Origin: Piromyces finnis finn
Taxonomy: Eukaryota > Fungi > Neocallimastigomycota
Reading direction: 5' to 3'
Assembly (NCBI GenBank): GCA_002104945.1
Contig: MCFH01000066.1
Coordinates: forward strand, 124,001-188,000
Length of the DNA stretch: 64,000 nucleotides
Below the pieces are notes generated by a model. The model ran no database searches, was not told the origin of the DNA, and worked only from the letters and a program-made list of their open reading frames with translations. A program made the translations under genes and the position numbers. Below, piece by piece: positions 35,776 through 48,672 of the stretch. Every line of letters begins with the position of its first letter. Within the stretch, counting starts at the first letter, position 1.

Positions 35776-38700
35776 ATGAATACTAGATATAGAATGTTAG
35801 ACAACCGTGACGATGGAATAGCTGGAGTCAGTGACGCAGGCTCTGAGGCGAGTTCCATGATGGATATTGAGGATGAGACTGGTAAAAGCGTTAACACCAG
35901 GGGAAAACTCATCCCAAAACCTCCAAGATTTTCGGGAAAAAGAAGTGAACTTCTTTACTTCCTGGCAAGATTGGAGAAATACTTTAAATATAACTTGGAA
36001 GAAGATGCTACCGACGCCTACAAGCTGGATATCTTGGGATGCTACCTGGAAGGAACCGCCGCCGAATGGTTTGCCGACTTAGAAAGAGAAGAAAGCCCCC
36101 TGTTGAACTCTTACGAAGATTTTATTGAGGCAATGAAGGCTCGCTACAAGACTTGCAACAGAGCCGATGTAGCTAACAGTCGGTTGGTGAAGATAAAAGC
36201 AGGACAATTCAGGAACGTAATGGACTACTGTGAAGCTTTTGAGAAGATGGCCAGGGATTCGACATTTAATGATGAAGCTAAGATCTACTTCTTTATGGAA
36301 GGACTACCAACATCCGTCAAGGACAAAGCAAGGCTACTATATCCAAAAATTAGAAAACTTACCGAATTGATCAATGTGGTTGCCGCTAATGTCGAAGTTG
36401 AATGGAAAATTTATGGAAAAGATCTCATGGAGGTTGACGGAAAGAAAATTAGAAGATATAATAGACACTTAGGAACTAACAGATATGCTTCTTATGGAAC
36501 CAAGTATAATAACTATGTGGATCAAGAAGACTACCAAAATTCGACCAAACCAAGAAAATGCTTTTTCTGCAAAAGAACAGGACACTTGAAGAAAGATTGT
36601 CCTCAACTTAAGGACAAAATAATAAATCGACCAAAAGCATTTATGGCTACTACCGCTGGAAGAAGGATGTTGAATGTTTATGACATCGTGCTACAAGTCA
36701 ATAATGGTGCTTATCTTAAGGCTCTTGTGGATTCTGGTTCGGACTTGGACTTTTTGGATTGGAAGGCCGTTGATAAGTACAAGATTCCATTCCAAAGAAT
36801 GTTTAAGGATAAATATGTTGAAGGTATAGGTGGTAATGGATTTTTGAAGTATGAAACAATTCCTTTGATAATGAATATCAAGAATCATAAGGAATCCATT
36901 CAATTCTACCTTACCGATCTTCCTTCTGGTATTTCTGTTATTTTGGGCAAGAATTGGTTAAGAAAACATGATCCTACAATTAGCTTCAAGGATCAAACTC
37001 TAGAATTTAAGTCCAAATTCTGTTCTTTAAATTGCTGTGCTACTCCAGAAGAAATGGAAAAAAGAAGCAAAGAAGAAGAATTGTCTAAGGAAGAAGAAAG
37101 AAGAAAAGAGAAGGAACTAGTACAGGAAATACTCAATAATTATAAAAATAGTTTAAAAATTAGAGATAGTGAAATTAAGAACAAAGAAAATATAAAAATT
37201 ATAGATAAAAATAAGAATTCATGTATTAAAAAGAAATGTAGTAAAAACTTAAAATTAAATAAAAAGAATGTTCAAAAGTATATTGTATGTAGTGTTATTT
37301 CAAATGAAGGAAATAAAGGTGAAGATGTTGAAGAAAGTGTTGTAGAAATTCCTGATGTATATAAGGAATTTGAAAGTGTATTTGATGAAGTTGAGTGTAA
37401 TGAACTACCTCCACATCGAATATACGATTGTAAAATAAGATTGAAAGATAAAGATAACTTATTTTATGGTCCGTTATACCCTTTGACAGAAGAAGAAAGG
37501 AATACGTTAAAGGAGTATATTTCTGAAAATTTAGAAAAAGGATTTATTAGACCGTCTACTTCACCTGCCGGAGCACCTGTATTGTTCGTTAGGAAAAAGG
37601 ATGGGACTTTAAGATTGTGTGTTGACTACCGAAGACTCAATGAAAACACAATCAGAGATTCATATCCGTTGCCTCTCATATCAGAATTATTCGATAGATT
37701 AAGGGAAGCAAAAGTCTTTACTAAACTTGATCTCAAGTCTGCTTATAATCTAGTTCGAATAAATGAGGGTGATGAATATAAAACTGCATTTAGGACAAGA
37801 TTTGGTCACTTTGAATATCTTGTCATGCCGTTTGGATTGAAAAACGCTCCTGCAACTTTCCAACATTTTATCAATGATGTTCTCGGGGAATACTTGGATG
37901 AATTCGCTTTTTCTTATATTGATAATATTCTTATCTATTCGAAAAACTTAGAAGAACATCGAAAGCACGTAAAGAAAGTTCTTCAAAGATTAAAAGAAAA
38001 TGGCTTATATGCAAAACTTAGTAAATGCGAATTTGAAACTTCAGAAACTACTTTCTTAGGGCATGTTATCTCAGATAAAGGAATCTCTATGGATCCAAAG
38101 AAGGTTAAAGCTATTATGGAATGGCCTGTACCAACATCTGTTAAAGAAGTGCAATCATTTATCGGATTATGTAATTATTATAGAAGATTTATTCCAAACT
38201 TTGCTGGTATTGCTAAACCGTTACATAATCTAACAAAGAAAGATGTTAAATTTCATTGGTCAGAAGAATGTAATGAAGCTTTTTGTACTTTAAAGAAATT
38301 CTTTACCGAAGAACCAATTTTAATTCATGCTGATCCTGAATTACCTTTTGTGGTTGAGACAGATGCAAGTAATTTTGCAATTGGTGCTGTATTGTCTCAA
38401 AGGTTACCGAATAATAATGAACTTCATCCAATTTGTTATTATTCAAGGGGATTGACTAAATCGGAAAAGAATTATCCTATTTATGATAAGGAACTTTTGG
38501 CTGTTATTGAAGCTTTGAAACAATGGAGACACTACTTAGAAGGAGCCAAGCATCAATTTATGATCTATACGGATCATAAAAATCTTACCTTTCCTAGAAA
38601 GCCTGAACTATTGTCGCAAAGACAAATTCGCTGGAATTTGTTTTTGACCCGTTATGATTTCAAAATACAATATAGACCGGGTAAAGAAGGTGGAAAACCT

Positions 38701-41700
38701 GATGCTTTTTCAAGACGTCCTGATTATGAAGAAGATAAAAGTAATAAAGAAAACGAAGAAGCCTATTCTTGCTTGACAGTTAAAGAAATCGAAGATACTT
38801 TATGTCTTGTGTCTATTCAAGGGAATCTCAAAGAAGATTTAATTAAAGAAATTAAAGAAGATGAAGAAATTAAGGAGTTAATAAATATTCTACAAGGAAA
38901 ATCTACCGCAAGTAAGAAGTATAAGAAGTTAATGAAGAATTTTAAGTTAAGCGAAGAAGGAATTCTTTTGTATAAAAGTTTAATTTATGTACCAAAGAAA
39001 ATGAGAGATATAATAATCTCAATGCATCATGACAATCCAATTCATGGTCATTTTGGTATTATTAAAACAAAAGAATTAATTACAAGAAACTGTAAAGATA
39101 TAAAGTATATCTTTAAATTATTTAATAATTAATTAATAATTATTGAATAATAATTTTGATATTTTAATGAAAAAATTGTTTATAAAATTTATTTATTGTA
39201 TAAATTTTATGGAATAATTAAATAAATATTAATTTTAAAATATCAAAGTTAGAAATGAAATTTGGATAAATATTTAAATTAATGGATAATTAAATTTAAA
39301 TATTTTAAATATTCAAATTAAATCTTAAAAAGTTTTTATTTAATTAAAATTAGTTTAATAACTTTAGCGTAGTTTTAAATTAGCATTTTTAATTATAAAT
39401 ATATAATAAATAGTATTATTAATATTTAATTAATATATAGGTAATACATGGACTGTATTCAATTTGCAGTTTACTCAAATTGAATCAAAAGTGTATTTAA
39501 TTAGTTTTAGTTTAGTTTTATTATTTTATTATTTAATTAAATTAGTATTAAATTAGTTTTGTTTATTTTATATTGAATATATGTATAATTAAATAGAATA
39601 GTATATTAAAATATAATTTACAAAAAATATAAATACATGTAAATTTTCTTAATTAAAACGATGTAATTGTTATTGACTATTATTTAGTTAATAACTAAAT
39701 AAAATTAATAAAAGAGATATTTTTTTAAATATAATTTATTTTCTTGTTTTTTCTTTATTTTGTGTTGTTGTTTTATTGTAAAAAATTTTATAATCTGTTT
39801 TACATTTATAAAACTTTTACAATAACAATTACCTTTATTCTAATAAAACACGTTATAAATTTTTTTAATAAAATATATTTAATAAAATTTTTTTTACTAC
39901 CGCGTTTTAGGGACTCTCTACCTTGCTTTGAAATTTGCTACCGTGTTTAGAAACTAACTACCGCGTTTTAGGGACTCTCTACCTTACTTTGAAATTTGCT
40001 ACCGTGTTTAGAAACTAACTACCGCGTTTTAGGGACTCTCTACCTTACTTTGAAATTTGCTACCGCGTAATAAAGGATTATCTACCGCGTTTTGGTATTG
40101 CTACCGTGTCATTTAGAACGACTACTTTGCTTTAGAGATATCTACCGCGTCCATCATTGTACTTGTATATATTGTGGATCAACTTTATTTAATCTTCCAC
40201 CAACATCTACTATTGTACTGTATTTAATTTTGTTACTATATTTTTAAGAGCTCGTCTAACACCGTTTGATAGGATAGAGTTACGACGACATCTTAATTAA
40301 AATATTGTAAAAAATTAAATAAGTAAATATTAAACATACTGGAAGAAATAAACCAACTTTTATCCAACCTCCACTTAAACGGAAATATGGACCGTCAAGG
40401 GGCGTCTTTGAGGATAGTTAATGATCCTCCAACTTTCTCAGGAAGAAGACAAGAACTAGATGGGTTCTTGACCAGGGTTGAACTAGCCATTGAAGCCAAC
40501 CCTGATAGATTCGCTAATGATGAAGCGAGAGTTCGCTTCTTAATATCTTACTTTGTTAACAGACCTTTAGAATGGGCCGCTCGTTTACGACAGAACAACG
40601 ACGCCATTCTAAGAAACTATGATCAATTTATTGCTGCCCTTCGTACCAATTTCGGGGATCCCAATAATGACACAATTGTTGCAAATGGAAGACTTTGCAA
40701 CATAAAACAAAGAAAGTTTGGCAAAGTGTTTGAATATATTAATGAATTTCAACGCGTTAGCCAAAACTCTAATTTCAATGAAGCAGCGAAGATATATATG
40801 TTCACAAAGGGCCTACATCCAAAAATGCGTGAACATTTAGCAATAGTCAACCCAAATCCTACTCAGCTAGAGCGTCTCTACTCTGATGTCCTTAGCATAG
40901 AAAATCTTACTAAAAGAAATGACATCAGCGAATATTATATGACACACCAAGATAGAAGAAATTATAATCGTGACGATCCAATGGATGTTGACCTATATAG
41001 GATTAGCAAGGGTCAACGAAACGTAAATTACTTCCCATCTCACAGAAGTAATTACGTTGAACCTTCTACTACTAGATCGGATTTAAAGAAAAAAGGGGTT
41101 TGTTTTTCTTGTGGGAAGTCTGGACACATGCAGTTCAATTGTCCAAACAGGAAAAAGCCTAAGAGTGTTAAGATTATTAAAAGGACTATCTCCGAAGAAG
41201 AAGCCAGTTCTTCAACCCCTTCAGTCAAAAGAATTAGACCAACCAAAGATGTTACTGAGAATGATTCAAAATTATATAAAATACACAAAAGTGAAAAGAA
41301 GAACATCATCGATTTTTATATAAAAACAAACGATATGGAAGAAGTGAAAGTCAAAGTCCTTATTGATTCCGGCTCTGATTTAAATTTTATTCATCCTGAA
41401 TTTGCGAGAATTAATAACATTAAGCTTTACAATATCAGGAATCCATTTAAGGTTTCTGGTCTTGGTCAAGGTAATTCCACTGTTAGAAAAGAATCCGAAA
41501 AATGTATTCTCCGTTTAAGGAACCATTACGAAGTAATTCAACTGTACTCGTTAAGGATTCCCGAAGTCGATGTTATTCTTGGAGTACCTTGGATTGAGAA
41601 ACATTGTCCAGTTTATTATCATGATTCCTCAAAAATTGCCTTTAGCTCAGGATACTGTGCTCGACACTGTAATGTAGGCAAAAGGAGAAATAAGGGTACA

Positions 41701-44700
41701 ACCAATATGGATAAGAAATCGATGCCATCATCAAGAAAAGGGAAAGAAGCTGCCTTGGATAACGAAAATGAACAATCCTCTTGCATTGACCGTGGTTTTT
41801 CCGACTATGACGAATCCTTTTGTTGTGACTCTAGTGATGACGAAGAAACTGTTAATATCAGGGGCCGTAGAACCTCCGTTAAAACCATTAGTAACTTAGA
41901 TAGTTGTAATAAAATTAAATTTAGTGATAGTTTAAATAGCAATAATAATAATAATAATAATAATTGTAATTTTAAATGTACATGTAATAATATTAATTGT
42001 ATTGATGATAATTTAAATAAAGATAATAATTCGGTCACTGGACCAAAACAATACTCATTTTCAAAAGAAGTGATTAATAATAACAATTTTTGTGTATTAA
42101 ATTCCGTTAGTAACTGTAATGATTTATCTTGTAATATTATTAATAAATGTAAAACTGAAAATAATAATTTAAATAAAGATAAAAAATCTGTTGAAATCCC
42201 AAATCAATATTTATTATTTAAAGAGGTTTTTAATGAAAAGAATTGTAATATTTTACCCCCACATCGTGAATACGATTGTGAAATCAGATTAAAGGATAAT
42301 TCTAACTTGTTTTATGGTCCTCTTTATCCTTTAACTGAGGCAGAGAGAGATGAATTAAAATGTTATATTAAAGAAAATTTGGAAAAAGGTTTCATTAGGA
42401 AATCTACATCTCCTGCCGGAGCACCAGTTTTATTTGTCAAAAAGAAAGATGGGTCATTAAGACTATGCGTTGATTATAGGAAACTTAATGATATGACCAT
42501 TAGAAATTCATATCCTCTTCCATTAATTGGTGACTTATTGGATAGAGTGAAGGGTGCAAAGTACTTTACTAAATTGGACTTAAAGTCTGCTTATAATTTA
42601 GTAAGAATCAAAGAGGGTGATGAATACAAAACTGCCTTTAGAACAAGATATGGGCATTTTGAATATCTCGTCATGCCTTTTGGTTTAAAGAATGCACCAG
42701 CTACTTTCCAACATTTCATAAATGATGTCCTTAGTGATTATTTGGATGATTTTGCTATATCATATATTGATGATATTCTAATATACTCAAATAGTCTAGA
42801 AGAGCATCATGAACATGTTAAAAAAGTATTGGAAAAATTATTAGAAAATAATTTATATGTAAAGTTAGAGAAGTGTGAGTTTGATGTTTCAGAAACCACT
42901 TTTCTTGGTTATGTATTATCCAAAGATGGTTTGAAAATGGATAGAGATAAAGTTAAAGCTATCCTCGACTGGCCTGTTCCTACAAATGTTAAAGAAGTCC
43001 AATCTTTTATTGGATTATGCAATTATTATAGAATTTTTATTAAAGACTTTGCAAAAATCGCAAGTCCTTTACATAAACTTACTAGGAAAAATGTTCCTTT
43101 TAATTGGGCTTCTGAGTGTCAAAATGCATTTGTTATACTTAAAAGGCTTTTACTTCTGCTCCTATTTTAATGAACCCTGATAGCAACAAACCTTTTATTG
43201 TTGAGACTGACGCTAGTTTGAAGGGAAGTTGCACCCTATTGCTTTTATTTCATCTAGTTTAACCAAGTCTCAAAGAAATTATCAAATTTATGATAAAGAG
43301 TTGCTCGCTATCAAAGTGGCTCTCGAAGAATGGAGACACTATCTGGAAGGTGCAAAGCATCAGTTCGTCATTTATACTGATCATAAGAATTTAACTTTCC
43401 CAAGAAAGCCTGAAATGCTCTCACAAAGACAGATAAGATGGTATGAATTCTTATCTAGATTTGATTTTAAGTTAATATATAGGGCTGGAAAAAAGTGTGG
43501 CAAACCTGATTTGTTATCCAGACGTAGTGATCACATTGAATGTAGTAATTTTAGTTGTAATTTTATTTCATGTAATGTAATTAATACTTTTAATAAAGAT
43601 GATTCTTTAATCAATTCTATTTTATGTTCTTTAAAAAATGATGATTTATATAATAAAGTTTGTGTATTTTTAAATGAAAAAAATTCTTTGTCCCCTCCGA
43701 TTAGGAATATTAATAAAGTTAAAATCAATAAAGAAGGATTTTTACTTTACGGTAATTTAATTTATGTTCCTTCTTCATTAAGAACTAGGGTCTTAGAATT
43801 ACATCATGATTCTATTTCTGCTGGTCACTTTGGTGTTAATAAAACTATTGAATTAATTAGTAGAAATTTTTGGTGGCCAAAATTTAGTTATGATGTTAAA
43901 AAATTTATAAAGTCTTGTGAAACTTGTTGTAAAGCTAAAGTTCCAAGACATAAACCATATGGTTTGCTTTCTCCTCTTTCCACGCCTAATAGAGCTTGGT
44001 CGGAATTGTCAATGAATTTTATTGTCGAGCTTCCAAAATCCAAAGACATGACCACCATTATGGTTGTAGTTGATAGGTTAACAAAAATGGCTCATTTTAT
44101 TCCTTTAAGATGTCTGCCTACTGCTTCTATAGCAGCTGATGTTTTTGTTAACAATATCTTTAAATTACATGGTTTTCCTGATTCTATCATTTCTGATCGA
44201 GGTACTCAATTTACTTCAGACTTTTGGAATCGCTTATGTAATTTGTTAAATATTAAACTTGCTTTTTCTACTGCAAACCATCCTGAAACTGATGGACAAA
44301 CGGAGAGGGTGAACGGGATATTGGAACAATATCTCCGTTGTTTTATTAACGAAAAACAGAATAACTGGGTTGATTTGTTACCTTTTGCTGAATTTGCTTA
44401 TAACAATACTTTACAGCAATCAATCAATCAATCTCCGTTTTTCGCTAATTATGGGTTCAATCCAAAATTCAATCCTGAAATTCCTTCAGCGAATAGACCA
44501 AATAGAGCTGAACAAAGAATTTTGGATATTAATGAAAACATTAAATTTTTGAAAGAAAATCTTGATCAAGCAAAAGAAACCTACAAAAAGTATGCTGATC
44601 AAAAGAGAATGGAATCCCCAAGTTTCGAAGTTGGTAAAAAAGTTTGGTTATTAAAAGGTATTAATCCTTCAAACAAAAATGTTAAAAGAAAACTTGCTGA

Positions 44701-47102
44701 TCAAATGCTCGGACCTTTTGAAATAATCAAGAAGGTAAGTCCTTTAGCATTTGAATTAAAGTTGCCAAATAATTTACGTTGCCACCCTGTTTTTCATGTC
44801 TCGTTATTAGAACCTTATAACGAAAATGAATTTATAAATAGATCAGTAATAAATAAAAGAAAAAATATTAAGTTAACTACTGATACTATTGATAGGATTC
44901 CTGATAAGATTATTCAAGAAAGAAATTATCATGGAAAGAAATCTTTCTTGATGACATGGAAAAATCTTGACGAAAATACTTGGATCCCGGAAGATCAAAT
45001 TTCAGATGTACAATTGATCCAAGAATTTTATAGGAAAAATAAAAAGTCTAGAAAAGAAAGTCAAGATCAAGTTTATACAAGGAATAACAATGGTATGATC
45101 AGACATAGATATCAACCATTTGTAATTGATATTCCTTCAAAGAAATAATCTCGCAGGAGCTCGACTTAAAGGGCGAGATTGTAAAGATATAAAGTATATC
45201 TTTAAATTATTTAATAATTAATTAATAATTATTGAATAATAATTTTGATATTTTAATGAAAAAATTGTTTATAAAATTTATTGTATAAATTTTATGGAAT
45301 AATTAAATAAATATTAATTTTAAAATATCAAAGTTACAAATGAAATTTGGATAAATATTTAAATTAATGGATAATTAAATTTAAATATTTTAAATATTCA
45401 AATTAAATCTTAAAAAGTTTTTATTTAATTAAAATTAGTTTAATAACTTTAGCGTAGTTTTAAATTAGCATTTTTAATTATAAATATATAATAAATAGTA
45501 TTATTAATATTTAATTAATATATAGGTAATACATGGACTGTATTCAATTTGCAGTTTACTCAAATTGAATCAAAAGTGTATTTAATTAGTTTTAGTTTAG
45601 TTTTATTATTTTATTATTTAATTAAATTAGTATTAAATTAGTTTTGTTTATTTTATATTGAATATATGTATAATTAAATAGAATAGTATATTAAAATATA
45701 ATTTACAAAAAATATAAATACATGTAAATTTTCTTAATTAAAACGATGTAATTGTTATTGACTATTATTTAGTTAATAACTAAATAAAATTAATAAAAGA
45801 GATATTTTTTTAAATATAATTTATTTTCTTGTTTTTTCTTTATTTTGTGTTGTTGTTTTATTGTAAAAAATTTTATAATCTGTTTTACATTTATAAAACT
45901 TTTACAGAAACTTTGTTTGGATAAACATGACTCAAGATATAGTTAAGTTTATTGCTTCTTGTAAAGTTTGTGGAGCTGCTAAGGTTGATCGTCATAGACC
46001 TTATGGACTTTTACAGCCGCTACCAACTCCGGAAAGACCGTGGTCTTCTGTTTCTATGGATTTTATAACTGATTTGCCAAAGTCAAAGGAAAAAACAGTT
46101 ATAATGATTGTTGTAGATAGATTAACGAAGATGGCTCATTTTATTCCGTTTAGGATGATTCCTACTGCCCAAATTGCCGCTGATGTTTTCTTAAGAGAAG
46201 TTTTTCGTTTACACGGTCTACCTGATGAAATAATATCGGATCGAGGAACCCAATTTACTTCAGAATTTTGGCAAAGATTATGCACTTTGTTGAACATTAA
46301 GCACAATATTTCGAGTGCTCACCATCCTCAAACAGACGGGCAGACTGAACGTGTAAATAGTATATTAGAACAATTTCTTAGATGTTACATTAACAAAAGA
46401 AAAGATAACTGGATGAATCTTTTGCCTTATGCCGAATTTGCGTATAATAATACACTTCAGCAATCTATAAATCAAACTCCATTCTTTGCAAATTATGGGC
46501 AAAATCCAAGATTTAATACCGATATTCCTGCTGATAGTGACAACAGAAGAGCTAACAGGCACGCCTCTCAGATGCAAGATAATATTAAATTTTTAAAGAA
46601 GAACTTAGAAAAAGCCAAGGAAAGATATAAGAAATACGCCGATTGTATTAGACTTATTGGACCTAAGTTAAAGGTTGGTGACTTAGTTTGGTTAAAGCGT
46701 CCTGATTTACTTCCGAAAGGGCCTCCAAAATTAACAAATAAGAAACTTGGACCATTTAAGATCATTGAAAAAACAGGACCTGTTTCTTATAAATTGGAAC
46801 TACCAGAAAGTTTAAGATGTCATCCCGTTTTTCACATTTCGAACTTAGAACCTTATGTTGAAAGAGAAGTTGAAGTGAATGAATCAACTTCTAGAATTCC
46901 AAACATTGCTACTGATTCTACTGAAGGAAGAATTCCATTGAAGATTGTTAGTGAAAAAGTTGTTAATGGAACTAAGTACTACTTTATGGTTTGGAAAAGT
47001 TTATTACCTTCAGAAAGTACATGGCTTAGAGAAGATGAAATCGAAGATTATCAAATGATCCAGGAATATCTTAAACATAAGTCGCTCAGGGGCTCGACTT
47101 AA
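35776..47102 (+). CDS. pol: Element A single Gag-Pol ORF (35776-39090 joined to 45912-47102) with C-terminal chromodomain; RT motif reads YIDN
   Basis: CFFCKRTGHLKKDC, LVDSGS, ETDAS, HDNPIHGH..ITRN|FVWINM..CKVC, SMDF..SDRG..QTER, IVSEKVVNGTKYYFMVWK..STW; in frame after removing element B and one TSD copy. Confidence 0.93.
39896..40150 (+). repeat. Leader tandem repeat: 61-bp unit x ~2.8, built from ~20-bp CTAC(C) subunits
   Basis: Units start at 39896, 39957 and 40018; CTAC(C) recurs 13 times up to 40142. Confidence 0.9.
40387..45148 (+). pseudogene. pol: Element B Gag-Pol, broken in RNase H (frameshift at ~43143 and a ~12-codon deletion at ~43218); degenerate chromodomain-like tail
   Basis: CFSCGKSGHMQFNC, LIDSGS, YIDDIL, ETDAS|EGKLHP, integrase SMNF (Asp to Asn), IIQERNYHGKKSFLMTWK. 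Confidence 0.92.
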
Positions 47103-47865
47103 GAAGAGGGGCATGTAAAATATTGTATTAATAGAATGTATTAATACGTATTTAAAATAATGTATAATGTATTAAATTAATGTACCGTAAATTTTATTCT
47201 TTAATTACAAAAATTTATATCACAATACATTAACATAAATTTATGTAAAATTTAATTTTAGGATAAGATAAAGTTTTTGATGATAAAATAAAATTTTAAA
47301 TTAAATAAATTTTAACCAATAAATATTTTAGATAATAAAAAAAATATTTTTATAAACTAAGCCTCAAAATTAGAAATAAATAAATTGAATATATGTTTGA
47401 AATATAATCAACCATATAGTAAATAAATCAAAACTTTATTTTAAGTTTAGAAAATTCTTTAGTAAATAAATTGAATTTAAATAGTTTAATACAAATAATT
47501 TCTTTTAATAAATGTATAAATGTAAACAATGTAAAATTATAATATTAAAACATGTATATTAGAATTTATTCAATTTATTTAAAAAGTATAAATAAAGAAA
47601 ATTTTTCAACTATTGAAACGATAGTTGGAAAATCGTATAGTATAGTTTATATAGTTTAGTTTAAGTTAGTTTTTAATAATAAATATTGATTACCTAGTGA
47701 GGGCTCTGGTAAAATATCCTTCACGGTAAAGTAATCAACGGTTGTTTTAGTTTAGTTATTTTAAAATAATTTAATAAATAAAATATAAAAAAATAAAAAT
47801 AATTTAAAGTGTAGTTTAGAATATTGAGTGTATACAAACCTGAACTTAGTTTAGAATATTTTACA

Positions 47866-48672
47866 GTCCTCCTCCAGGATTCGGATACCAGACGAATCTT
47901 TGGGTTCATTTTATGTTTTATTAAATTAATTTTTTAGGCTATATAACTACTATATACTTAAACTATACTAATTGAATTACAATAAAAATAATTTTTTATA
48001 TTATACATTTGATATTAAATACATGCTTAAAGTAAATTTAAAATTTAAGAAAATAAATTTTTTTTTTTTTTAAGAATAAAATTAAAAATAAAATTAAAAT
48101 AAATTAAAATAAAGTTTCCGTTGAAATCATTTCTTTTCGTTGAATTCCTTAAGTAGCTCTGGACAATTCAAATTATTTTCTGGCTCCCAAGATGCTTCAG
48201 ATATCGGATATCCTTTCCATTTAATTAGGTATTGGACTTTACCATAATATCTTCTTTTGTCCAATATCTCCTCAATTTCAAATTCTTCATTATTATCCAC
48301 AATAACTGGTGGAGGTTGCGGTTGCTTTCTTTTGAACTTATCTTCATGGTAGGGTTCCAATTCTGAAACGTGGATGACTGGATGAATACGAATTTCTTTT
48401 GGTAACTCCAATTTGAAAGAAACTGGTGATATTTTTTCAATTATTTTGTACGGACCAAGTTTTCTAGGTTTTAACTTCTTATTACCATTCCGCATTATTA
48501 GAGAACTGTTAATCCAGACCTTATCATTTACCTTGAGTTCAGGAGCTTTACTTCTGTGTTTGTTTGCAAATTTTTCTTGTTGATCAATAGATTTCTTTAA
48601 GTTATCTTTAAGAGTTTTAATTATTTCTTTGAAATTTCTTGTAAATTCATCCGCAATTGGTACATCGGTGCG
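47866..48672 (-). mobile_element. pol: Element E 3' end: integrase C-terminus with canonical chromodomain (48672-48127), 3' UTR and PPT GGAGGAGG (47875-47868)
   Basis: KLKPRKLGPYKI..HPVIHVSELEP..EFEIEEILDKRRYYGKVQYLIKWKGYPISEASWEPENNLNCPELLKEF; the frame is open back to the X LTR at 48673. Confidence 0.93.

Larger units (their letters stand above)
39091..45906 (+). mobile_element. Element B: full-length young Ty3/Gypsy inserted in the A integrase
   Basis: LTRs 39091-39821 and 45180-45906 (I saw one 4-nt indel and one substitution); TSD GAAAC at 39086-39090 and 45907-45911; PBS ATAACAATTAC 39822-39832 with complement at 39663-39673; PPT AAAGGGCGAGA before 45180. Confidence 0.96.
34515..47865 (+). 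mobile_element. Element A copy 2: chromovirus-type Ty3/Gypsy with element B nested; 3' LTR chimeric, no TSD
   Basis: 5' LTR 34515-35301, PBS 35302-35312, PPT AAGAAGAGGGG 47101-47111, 3' LTR 47114-47865; 11-bp terminal inverted repeat TGTAAAATATT/AATATTTTACA. Confidence 0.93.

Noticed and set aside
39896-40150. Repeat-spacer pattern resembling a CRISPR array
   Set aside because: Repeats are only ~5-8 nt, spacers are themselves repeated, there are no cas genes, and the context is a eukaryotic retrotransposon leader.
47884-47890. TGGTATC (iMet-PBS-like) on the minus strand
   Set aside because: It lies in the 3' UTR just before a PPT rather than after a 5' LTR, and the match does not extend.
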